From Actinomycetota bacterium (GTDB lineage: Bacteria > Actinomycetota > Actinomycetes > S36-B12), in NCBI GenBank assembly GCA_041183645.1, contig JBEGLG010000213.1, forward strand, positions 1 through 33,378: DNA of 33,378 bases. The letters are read 5' to 3'. The notes under the pieces were generated by a model. That model searched no databases. It was not told the origin of the DNA and was given only the letters and a program-made list of their open reading frames with translations. Shown here piece after piece: positions 10,423 to 17,581 of the stretch. Position 1 is the first letter of the stretch. Every line of letters begins with the position of its first letter. The translations under genes were made by a program, and so were the position numbers.

Positions 10423-11385
10423 ATGCTGCGCCTTGCCGATGTCTGGGTCTGGGACTGCTGGCTCGTCGATCACGACGGGCTCTTCCACGCGTTCTACTTG
10501 AAGGCCTCGCGCGCCCTGGGAGATCCGGAGTTGCGCCACAGCCGACCGGAGGTCGGGCACGCGGTGTCGGACGACCTTCGTCACTGGACCGAGCTCCCCG
10601 ATGCCCTCGTGCACTCGGACCCCCCGGCATTCGATGAGCAGGGGATCTGGACAGGAAGCGTCATTCGCGATGACGACGGGCTGTGGCACATGTTCTTCAC
10701 GGGTATCGATGCCCAAGGCCGCGGCCGCGTTCAGCGCATCGGTCATGCGGTGTCGCGTGACCTGCTCACCTGGTCGCGCACGAGCGGGAGCCCGATCGTG
10801 CTCGCTGACCCCCGCTGGTACGAAACCGATGCGACTGTGGGCCGCGAGAACTGGCGCGATCCGTGGGTGTTCCGCGAGGGCGCGGGCTGGCGCATGCTGG
10901 TCACCGCACACGGGAATGAGGGCCCCGAGCTGGAGCGCGGCTGCATCGCGACTGCTGTCTCTGACGATCTGGAGCACTGGACTGTTGAGGCTCCGCTCGC
11001 GTCACGAGTCGGCCTGCGTCAGCTTGAGGTCCTGCAGATCGTCGAGTCGGAGGGTCGATATGCCGTCGTGTTCTGTTTGTGCGCGGCCGACGTGCATGCC
11101 GACGGGTTGCCGAAGGTGACCGGAACCTGGAGCGCTCCTGCCGACTCGCCTGCGGGGCCCTTCCATATCGATCGCGCCGAACCGATCGCGGTGGAGGGAA
11201 ACTACGCAGGGCGGGTCATCAGCGACCGCAGTGGCACCCCGTGCCTGATCGCCTTCGTCGACAAGGATGCAGACGGTGAGTTCGGCGGATACCTTGGAGA
11301 CCCCGTTCCACTCATGCTCACCGAGCGCGGCACGCTTCAGCCCATTTCGCCGAACGCAACTGAGGTATTCCAAGGAAGGCAGTAG
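10423..11385 (+). CDS. Clan GH-J (GH32/GH68-like) beta-fructosidase or fructosyltransferase, catalytic propeller only
   Basis: Contains VWVWDCW (nucleophile Asp, WD-x-W type), IWTGS and the RDP motif (NWRDPWVF). It is 320 aa with no signal peptide and no GH32 C-terminal beta-sandwich region. Confidence 0.7.
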   Translation: MLRLADVWVWDCWLVDHDGLFHAFYLKASRALGDPELRHSRPEVGHAVSDDLRHWTELPDALVHSDPPAFDEQGIWTGSVIRDDDGLWHMFFTGIDAQGRGRVQRIGHAVSRDLLTWSRTSGSPIVLADPRWYETDATVGRENWRDPWVFREGAGWRMLVTAHGNEGPELERGCIATAVSDDLEHWTVEAPLASRVGLRQLEVLQIVESEGRYAVVFCLCAADVHADGLPKVTGTWSAPADSPAGPFHIDRAEPIAVEGNYAGRVISDRSGTPCLIAFVDKDADGEFGGYLGDPVPLMLTERGTLQPISPNATEVFQGRQ

Positions 11386-11462
11386 TCATGCGACGCATGT
11401 CCAGCCGGCTTTCCGGTGGATGTGATCTGATCTATGTCGACGCCGCCTCGTAGGCTGACCCC

Positions 11463-12146
11463 ATGCGCAATGTGACGATCCCGATCAGCGGCTCCGATGT
11501 CGACGGCTACCTGGCCCTGCCGGCATCGGGCTCCGGCCCGGCCGTGATCGTGATCCAGGAGTGGTGGGGCCTCGTCCCGCACATCATCGATGTCGCCGAC
11601 CGCCTTGCCGCTGAGGGCTTCGTCGCCCTGGCTATCGATCACTACCGGGGCATCGAGACTACTGAGCCCGATGAGGCGCAGAAGCTCATGCTGGGGCTGA
11701 ACATCGCTCAGGTGGCCGACGATCTCGCGCAGGCGGCCCCGTGGCTGCTGGCCCGCCCCGAGGTGACCAGCGCGCAGGTGGGAGTGATCGGGTTCTGCAT
11801 GGGCGGCGGCCTTGCGCTGCTGGCCCCGACCGTCAGCGCCGACATCTGCTGCGCCGTGGCCTTCTACCCGGCAATGCCGTGGCCCGAATACGCCCCCGAC
11901 TGGTCACGCTATGCGGGCAAGTGCGCCCTGATCCACGCGGCCGAGTCCGATGAGTCCTGGGCCGGCGCGGCGATTGCCGCCTACTCAGCGGCCATCATCG
12001 AGAACGGCGGTCAGGCGACTGTCGAGCGCTACCCCGACTCCGTGCATGCGTTCTTCAACGATGCGCGACCCGATGTCTTCCAGGCGGACAATGCCGCGGC
12101 AGCCTGGGCCACGAGCCTGCCCCTCTTACGCGGTGACTGCTGCTGA
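11463..12146 (+). CDS. Dienelactone hydrolase family protein
   Basis: Alpha/beta hydrolase with a Cys nucleophile elbow (GFCMGGG), typical of DLH, plus PAVIVIQEWWG and a C-terminal DSVHAF histidine region. An in-frame TTA codon sits at 12126-12128. Confidence 0.8.
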   Translation: MRNVTIPISGSDVDGYLALPASGSGPAVIVIQEWWGLVPHIIDVADRLAAEGFVALAIDHYRGIETTEPDEAQKLMLGLNIAQVADDLAQAAPWLLARPEVTSAQVGVIGFCMGGGLALLAPTVSADICCAVAFYPAMPWPEYAPDWSRYAGKCALIHAAESDESWAGAAIAAYSAAIIENGGQATVERYPDSVHAFFNDARPDVFQADNAAAAWATSLPLLRGDCC

Positions 12147-12160
12147 TCAGCAGCAGTCAC
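12133..12160. terminator. Perfect 28-bp palindrome (probable intrinsic-terminator-like hairpin without a U-tract)
   Basis: GTGACTGCTGCTGA|TCAGCAGCAGTCAC is exactly self-complementary and centred on TGATCA. It spans the dienelactone hydrolase stop codon (12144-12146) and ends 13 nt before the tRNA. Confidence 0.5.
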
Positions 12161-12173
12161 GCGTCCGAGCACG

Positions 12174-12247
12174 GCCCTTGTAGTCCAACTGGCAGAGACA
12201 CCCGGCTTAAACCCGGCACAGTGTGGGTTCAAATCCCACCGAGGGCA
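12174..12247 (+). tRNA. tRNA with UAA anticodon (nominally Leu) but class-I (short variable loop) architecture
   Basis: Hand-folded cloverleaf:
- Acceptor stem GCCCTTG/CGAGGGC (7 bp, one U-G pair), then U8.
- D stem GTC/GAC, with GG in the loop.
- Anticodon stem CCGG/CCGG plus a C-C mismatch at 27:43.
- Anticodon loop CTTAAAC (U33, anticodon TAA, A37).
- 5-nt variable loop ACAGT.
- T arm GTGGG-TTCAAAT-CCCAC.
- Discriminator A, followed by CC and then G, so CCA is not fully encoded. Confidence 0.7.
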
Positions 12248-12304
12248 CCGAGGAAGCACACCTGACCGGGTTTGACGGTCACTCAGGGTGGGTACATTTG
12301 CCTC

Positions 12305-13096
12305 ATGGCAGACAACAGTCGTTACACGCAGTCCAATAACCCGATTCTCTCGAAGTACGAGAAGGTCGACGCCGACAAGGATTTCGCGGCCATCATCGCC
12401 AACGCCGGTCTCGGCGATGCCAAGGTCACCCTGAATGACGTCATCGTGAAGACCTCGATCATGTTCGCGATCACGGTGGTCTTCGCCGTCGTGGGCTGGA
12501 ATGTCGCGGGCACGACCCCGATGATCTGGATCGGTGCCGCGATCGTGGGCACGGTGCTGGGTCTCGTCAACGCCTTCAAGAAGAGCGTGTCCGTCCCCCT
12601 GATGCTGCTGTACGCAGTGGCCGAAGGCGTGATGCTGGGCGGCATCAGCCATTGGTACAACGACTATGCCGTGGCTCAGAACTACCAGGGCCTGGTGCTG
12701 CAGGCCGTCATCGGAACCATGACCGCCTTTGGCGTCATGCTGTTCCTCTACGCCACCGGCATCGTCAAGGTCGGCAGCAAGTTCACGAAGGTCATGCTGG
12801 CCGCCCTGATCAGCTACGCGCTCATCGGACTCGCATCGCTCGTGGCCGCACTCTTCGGAGTCGGGGGCGGCTGGGGCTTCTACGGCGTCAGCGGCATCGG
12901 CCTGCTGCTCTGCGCAGCCGGAGTTCTGCTGGCCTCGTTCACGCTCCTGCTGGACTTCGACGCCATCAAGCAGGGCATCGCGATGGGCCTGCCGGAGAAG
13001 GAATCCTGGCGCATGGCCTTCGGTCTCGAGCTCACGCTCATCTGGCTGTACCTGGAGATCCTGCGCCTGCTCGCCATCGTGGCCGGTCGCAACTAG
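12305..13096 (+). CDS. Bax inhibitor-1 / YccA family membrane protein
   Basis: Start set to the ATG at 12305 (MADNSRYTQSNNPILSKYEK), not the TTG at 12272. It has about seven hydrophobic helices and the family-typical C-terminal region ..LLLDFDAIK.. / LELTLIWLYLEILRLL. Confidence 0.8.
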   Translation: MADNSRYTQSNNPILSKYEKVDADKDFAAIIANAGLGDAKVTLNDVIVKTSIMFAITVVFAVVGWNVAGTTPMIWIGAAIVGTVLGLVNAFKKSVSVPLMLLYAVAEGVMLGGISHWYNDYAVAQNYQGLVLQAVIGTMTAFGVMLFLYATGIVKVGSKFTKVMLAALISYALIGLASLVAALFGVGGGWGFYGVSGIGLLLCAAGVLLASFTLLLDFDAIKQGIAMGLPEKESWRMAFGLELTLIWLYLEILRLLAIVAGRN

Positions 13097-13112
13097 GCAC
13101 TCGTCACACCTC

Positions 13113-13140
13113 GAAAGGCGCTGCTACGGCAGCGCCTTTC
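13113..13140. terminator. Bidirectional hairpin terminator between convergent genes
   Basis: GAAAGGCGCTGC-TACG-GCAGCGCCTTTC forms a 12-bp perfect stem with a 4-nt loop. It lies between the BI-1 stop (13096) and the stop of the minus-strand 108-aa ORF (13124), and overlaps the latter. Confidence 0.65.
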
Positions 13141-13450
13141 GCATGTCGACGAGCAGTGCATAAGCCTGCGACAAGGTCGAGGGGTCTGCGGTTGACGCGA
13201 GTTCCATGCCGAGCACGCGCACCTGGTCGGGCAGGGCGTGATCCCCGAGGCGCGGCACCGACGAGGCACCCGGCAGGCCTGATCCGCGTGCGTGGGCAAG
13301 ATCCGCGAATTTCCCGCACAGCTCGAAGACGGTGTCAGAGCAGGTGGCCAGCCGGGTGAGCGGCATCGTGCGCAGTCGCTCGACGACACGGGCAAGCTCG
13401 CGCTCGAACTCCTCGCCGATGTCGTCGGAACTCACTTCTCGTGAGCTCAT
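13124..13450 (-). CDS. Hypothetical 108-aa protein, co-transcribed with msrA
   Basis: Its ATG overlaps the msrA stop (ATGA at 13447-13450). It is acidic and helical-looking (EEFERELARVVERLRTMPLTRL). I recognise no motif. Confidence 0.55.
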   Translation of the reverse strand: MSSREVSSDDIGEEFERELARVVERLRTMPLTRLATCSDTVFELCGKFADLAHARGSGLPGASSVPRLGDHALPDQVRVLGMELASTADPSTLSQAYALLVDMRKALP

Positions 13451-14085
13451 GAGGTGAGTGCGGGGAGTGCAAGCCCCGTGTTCGCATGACAGCGATAGCC
13501 ATTCGGGCGCTTGTAGAGGTACTGCTGGTGGTAGTCCTCGGCGAAGTAGTACGTGTACTCAGCGGCGTCCTGGATCGTCGTGGAGATCCGGGGATATCCG
13601 CGCTCGGCGATGACTGCCGCGTACGCATCGCGGGTGAGCTCGGCCATCGCCTTCTGCTCGGCGGTCGTGAAGAAGATCGCGCTGCGGTACTGAGTGCCGA
13701 TGTCATTGCCCTGGCGGTAGCCCTGGGTCGGATCGTGGTTCTCCCAGAACACCTTGAGGATCTCGTAGTCGCTGATCACGGCCGGGTCGTACGTGACGCT
13801 GACGGTCTCGGTATGGCCGGTCATCCCGGTGCAGACTTCCTCGTAGCTCGGGAACCCCGAGTAGCCGCCCATGTATCCGACGCTGGTGGAGATGACGCCG
13901 GGCAGGCGCCAGTAGATCTCCTCTGCACCCCAGAAGCAGCCCATCGCCAGATAGATGCGCACCGTGCTGTCGGCCCAGGGCCCAATCAGCGAGGTGCCGA
14001 GCACTGCATGCTGCTCGGGAACGGTGAACCAGGGGGCACTGCGGCCCGGCAGCGCGCGCTCCGGGGGAACCATGCTCGTCGCCAT
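13447..14085 (-). CDS. msrA: Peptide-methionine (S)-S-oxide reductase MsrA
   Basis: Active-site GCFWG, plus HDPTQ..RQGNDIGTQYRS and FAEDYHQQYL. Start reset from 14238 to the ATG at 14085, because the upstream sulfatase ends at 14112. Confidence 0.9.
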   Translation of the reverse strand: MATSMVPPERALPGRSAPWFTVPEQHAVLGTSLIGPWADSTVRIYLAMGCFWGAEEIYWRLPGVISTSVGYMGGYSGFPSYEEVCTGMTGHTETVSVTYDPAVISDYEILKVFWENHDPTQGYRQGNDIGTQYRSAIFFTTAEQKAMAELTRDAYAAVIAERGYPRISTTIQDAAEYTYYFAEDYHQQYLYKRPNGYRCHANTGLALPALTS

Positions 14086-14111
14086 GTCACCACTGTAAAT
14101 CGGGTGTGCGG

Positions 14112-15773
14112 TTACTGCGAGGGGGAGGCCGATGCCTCGGGTGCACCGGGGAGTGCCGGCGCCATGCTCGCCTGGGGGAGCAGCTTCGACGCGGGCACCG
14201 GCATCGAGTCGGCCACTCGGCAGGTGGATCCCGTGCATGCCGTCAGGGCGGCAAGCTGGGCCGAGAGCTGGGCGATCACTGAAGGATCCTCGAGAGAGAT
14301 CAGATTGTGCATCTCGTCGGGGTCGGTGAAGCGGTCATAGAGCTCGCGTTCACCGGTCGAGTACTCGACGTAAAGCCACTGCTCGGAGCGCAGTGAGGCG
14401 AAGCGCGGCGGTGAGAAGGTCGAGTAGTCGGGGTCGCCGGGTGCCGACTCGCTCATGCTCTCGGTCAAGGTGGCGGTGCGCCAGTCACTCGGCGCTGCCT
14501 GCGAGGTGAGGAACGGCACCAGGTTGCGACCCTCGGCAATTGCCGACGGCGAGGTTCCGAGAACTGAGGTGATGGTCGGCGCCAAGTCGACAGTGGAGCT
14601 CATGGCCGTGACCGTGCCGCCCTTGGTGATGCCGGGGCCGAGCATCACCAAGGGTACGACGGTGTCTTCCTTGAATGCCGTGCGCTTGCCGGCAGGCAGG
14701 CGGTGGAAGGCGGCGTGGAAGCCGTTGTCGGACGTGACGATGACCAGGGTGTCATTGATGTGCCCGCTCTGGGTGAGCGCGGCGAAAACCCCGGTCACGG
14801 TGTCGGCCACGGATTCCGCTGACTTCACCCGATTGCTCCACATGGCATCGAACTTCGCGAGTCGGCGCACGGGCAGCGGCCCGAGCGAGCTCAGCCAGCC
14901 GGGCTCATTGGTGCCCACCGCGTTATAGGAGGGCGTGCGAGGCACCGCCTGGCTGGCGAGATGGCGATTGCGTCGCGCAACCGGTGCAGGCTCGTGCGGC
15001 GCGAAGGTGTTCACCTGGAGGTAGAAGCCATCAGGGGCACGTCGGATGAAGCTCTCCGCGGCATTGGTGAGAACGTCGTTGATGAGGTCCTTCGGCTTGT
15101 GCCCGTACTTCTTCAGCTTCCCATTGCGGTTGAGGGTGTACCCGTAGCCGCGGTACGCCATGCCGAAGTCGATGGGGACGACCCAGTCATCCCAGCCCGG
15201 CGGAATGTAGGTCGGCGAAGGTGCGCCGTCGGGGTATTCGTTGAGGTACTTGCCCATGAAGCCGGTGTGGATGCCCGCGTCATGAAGCCAGGTTCCCAGG
15301 CAGTCCTTCTGCTCGCCGAGCTGGAAGAACTTCTGGAATCCGCCGCCGCTCGCGTAGAGATTCGAGAACACCTTGTGGCTGTGCACGTACTGGCTGCGGA
15401 GGATCGACGAGCGTGAGGGGCAGCAGAGCGAATCCGTGACTGTGCTGTTCACGAAGCTCGTGCCGATAGTGCGCAGTGCCGCGAGACGCGGAACCTGGCT
15501 GAACGTGTTCCAGTCGAGATCGTCGGCAAGGATGGTCACGACATTCTTGATCGCGCTCGGTGATGATGTCGGCTGCGATGACGAGGCGTCGGCGCTGGGC
15601 GTGACTCCGGGGATCGGCGCCGTGGAACTCGAGGGAGTGGCCTCCGCCCCGACCGGAGCGGCCTGTGACGAACGCGCACCGGAGATCGTGGTGGCGAGGG
15701 CGATGGCGACAACAACGGCGACAGTTATTGCCGCGGCGATGGCTGCACGCCATTGCCGGCTGGTCGAGATCAC
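14112..15773 (-). CDS. Cys-type sulfatase (arylsulfatase / GlcNAc-6-sulfatase-like), N-terminally membrane-anchored
   Basis: Sulfatase signature ..LADDLDW.. and the formylglycine motif SLCCPSRSS (C-x-P-x-R). An N-terminal TM segment (AAIAAAITVAVVVAIALA) is followed by a Ser/Pro/Thr linker. Start set to the GTG at 15773, which overlaps the MFS stop (GTGA). Confidence 0.85.
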   Translation of the reverse strand: MISTSRQWRAAIAAAITVAVVVAIALATTISGARSSQAAPVGAEATPSSSTAPIPGVTPSADASSSQPTSSPSAIKNVVTILADDLDWNTFSQVPRLAALRTIGTSFVNSTVTDSLCCPSRSSILRSQYVHSHKVFSNLYASGGGFQKFFQLGEQKDCLGTWLHDAGIHTGFMGKYLNEYPDGAPSPTYIPPGWDDWVVPIDFGMAYRGYGYTLNRNGKLKKYGHKPKDLINDVLTNAAESFIRRAPDGFYLQVNTFAPHEPAPVARRNRHLASQAVPRTPSYNAVGTNEPGWLSSLGPLPVRRLAKFDAMWSNRVKSAESVADTVTGVFAALTQSGHINDTLVIVTSDNGFHAAFHRLPAGKRTAFKEDTVVPLVMLGPGITKGGTVTAMSSTVDLAPTITSVLGTSPSAIAEGRNLVPFLTSQAAPSDWRTATLTESMSESAPGDPDYSTFSPPRFASLRSEQWLYVEYSTGERELYDRFTDPDEMHNLISLEDPSVIAQLSAQLAALTACTGSTCRVADSMPVPASKLLPQASMAPALPGAPEASASPSQ

Positions 15774-17035
15774 GCAGGTGTCGCCTTCTTCAGGGTTTCG
15801 GGCATTGCGACCACCAGGAGAAGGCTCACCAGGCACAGGGCCGTCGCCACGACGAATGCCCAGTCGAAATCAAGGAGATCGACGAGCAGTCCCGCGACGA
15901 GCGGGCCGATGACAATGCCGAGATCGGACATCATCTGGAAGGTCGAGACCACAATACCTCCCCGCTTTCCGCCGACGATGTCACCGACGACGGCTGCTGG
16001 GGCGGAGCTGAGGAAGGCAGATCCTGCCCCCTGAATTCCGAGCGCGATGAGGAAGAGGACGAGGCCGATTGAACTCGCTGCACCGAGAGCATTCGCCTCG
16101 AAATCCGAGATCGTGAGCGCGAGCATGCCGATCGCCAGGGCGATGGAGCCGATGATGAGTGCCTTGCGACGCCCCTGCGTATCGGCCATGCGACCGGCGG
16201 GGAGCAGGAGAATCGCCTGCACTGCCGCGGCGACGAGGAAGCCGATACCCGACCATGTCGCTCCGCGCTTGAGACCCTCGGTGACGAACAGCGGCACGAT
16301 GGCCATGCGAAGGCCGAGCGAGACGAAGCCGGTGATGAAGTTGACGCTGATGGCGGCGCGGTAGGCAGGATGACGAAGGGCCTGGCCCAGTGACTCGAGG
16401 GCAGCCGACTCGCCGTGCGAGACGACCTCCTCCTTCGCGCGAAGCTTCGATGGCGACAGGAACACGAGGGTGACGATGGCGGCGATACCCAGCGTCACCG
16501 AATACACGAAGAATGGTGCGCGTACCGAGAACGCGATCACGAGCCCGCCGACCAGCGGGCCGGCGATTCCGCCGAAGAGGAAGCCGCTCTGATAGGCGCT
16601 GGTGGCTCGGCCGCGTTGCTCGGCGTCGACGGTGCGCAGGAGCAGGGAGAGTGCCGAGACGGTGAACATGGTCGAGCCCAGGCCACCGATGCCGCGCAGG
16701 ATGATCAACTGAAGGAAGCTCTGCGAGAAACCGGCTGCCAGGCTTGAGACCGACACGATGATCAGGCCGGTGGCCAGCACCGACCTCTCGCTGAACCTGT
16801 TCACCATCGCGCCGGCAGCGGGCGAACTGATGAATCGCACGAGTGCGAATACCGAGATGACCGAGCTCGCGGCCATCGTCGAGACTCCGAAGGTTCGGGC
16901 GAAGACGGGAATGGCCGGGCCGAGGATTCCGAAGCCGAGGGCGACGAAGAATGCGACGGCGGTGACCACGCCCACTTCCAGGGGAAGTCCCTTGAGAAAT
17001 GGGGTGCGTGAGAGCGCGTGACCGAGCCTGCGCAC
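15770..17035 (-). CDS. MFS transporter
   Basis: About 12 hydrophobic helices and an MFS motif-A-like loop, GRMADTQGRRKAL. Start set to the GTG at 17035, which is preceded on the minus strand by GGAGGTG with 5-nt spacing. The track ATG at 17086 would leave only 3 bp before the divergent gene. Confidence 0.85.
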   Translation of the reverse strand: MRRLGHALSRTPFLKGLPLEVGVVTAVAFFVALGFGILGPAIPVFARTFGVSTMAASSVISVFALVRFISSPAAGAMVNRFSERSVLATGLIIVSVSSLAAGFSQSFLQLIILRGIGGLGSTMFTVSALSLLLRTVDAEQRGRATSAYQSGFLFGGIAGPLVGGLVIAFSVRAPFFVYSVTLGIAAIVTLVFLSPSKLRAKEEVVSHGESAALESLGQALRHPAYRAAISVNFITGFVSLGLRMAIVPLFVTEGLKRGATWSGIGFLVAAAVQAILLLPAGRMADTQGRRKALIIGSIALAIGMLALTISDFEANALGAASSIGLVLFLIALGIQGAGSAFLSSAPAAVVGDIVGGKRGGIVVSTFQMMSDLGIVIGPLVAGLLVDLLDFDWAFVVATALCLVSLLLVVAMPETLKKATPA

Positions 17036-17089
17036 GCACTCACCTCCAGATCGGCCGCCAGATCGTGGAGTGAGCCTATCCTTCACAGC

Positions 17090-17581
17090 GTGACCGATCG
17101 CCTTCGCGCAGCTGTGTACTCAGCCGAGGATCAGTGGTCGGAGGCCATGAATCGCGGGGGCAAGGTCGACTTCCACGGTTCGAGCATCGAGGTACCCGTG
17201 CAGCGCCGTTTCGGGAGCCTCGACGCTATCGAGAGCTATGTGCACTGGGTCTCGCAACTGCCCTGCGTGGTCGAGCGATTCGGGGTACTCGCACCCGTGG
17301 CCGTGCGTGCGCGCAAGGGCCAGGCACAGGCGCACTACGAGTCGAGTGGGGCAGTGATTGCCATCCCGCTCGACTCGACGTGGGCCGCTCGGGAGTCGGT
17401 GGTTCTTCATGAGCTCGCCCATCACATCGTGATGACGCGCGACGGTGCGGATGCGCCGCCGCACGGGGCAGCTTTCACGGCGACCATGTGCGCGCTCGTC
17501 GAGTGCGTCCTGGGCCCGGAGTCCGCGCTGATGCTTCGTACCTCGTATGCCGGCCTCGATCTCCCGACGGTGATGCCGTGA
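17090..17581 (+). CDS. Putative HExxH zinc metallohydrolase (resembles the actinobacterial TIGR04338-type family)
   Basis: Contains the VVLHELAHH zinc-binding motif, with PPHGAAF downstream. Start assigned to the GTG at 17090. A TATCCT (TANNNT) -10-like hexamer lies 7 nt upstream, so the mRNA may be leaderless. The family name is from memory, not a search. Confidence 0.65.
   Translation: MTDRLRAAVYSAEDQWSEAMNRGGKVDFHGSSIEVPVQRRFGSLDAIESYVHWVSQLPCVVERFGVLAPVAVRARKGQAQAHYESSGAVIAIPLDSTWAARESVVLHELAHHIVMTRDGADAPPHGAAFTATMCALVECVLGPESALMLRTSYAGLDLPTVMP

Noticed and set aside
12029-12652. 207-aa minus-strand ORF spanning the DLH 3' end, the tRNA and the BI-1 5' end
   Set aside because: It crosses a well-folding tRNA gene and two better-supported plus-strand genes. 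Its composition (His/Asp/Arg/Gly runs) looks non-coding.
12248-13140. Possible integrated island downstream of the tRNA
   Set aside because: I looked for a direct repeat of the tRNA 3' end (..GGTTCAAATCCCACCGAGGGCA) and for an integrase, excisionase or phage genes downstream. I found none by eye. The next gene is an ordinary BI-1/YccA membrane protein.
14086-14238. N-terminal extensions in the track ORFs: msrA to 14238, ppx to 8168, DUF885 to 4294, PfkB to 23107, DUF3817 to 24092, the small GNAT to 27559, the sulfatase to 15836
   Set aside because: Each extension overlaps the preceding gene and is Arg/Pro/Gly-rich. In each case an internal ATG or GTG sits exactly at a 4-nt stop/start overlap, or just after the upstream stop, and yields the conserved family N-terminus.
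15981-17039. 352-aa same-strand alternative frame within the MFS gene
   Set aside because: It is extremely Arg/Pro/His/Gly rich with no hydrophobic helices. The frame at 15770-17035 gives a coherent 12-TM transporter.
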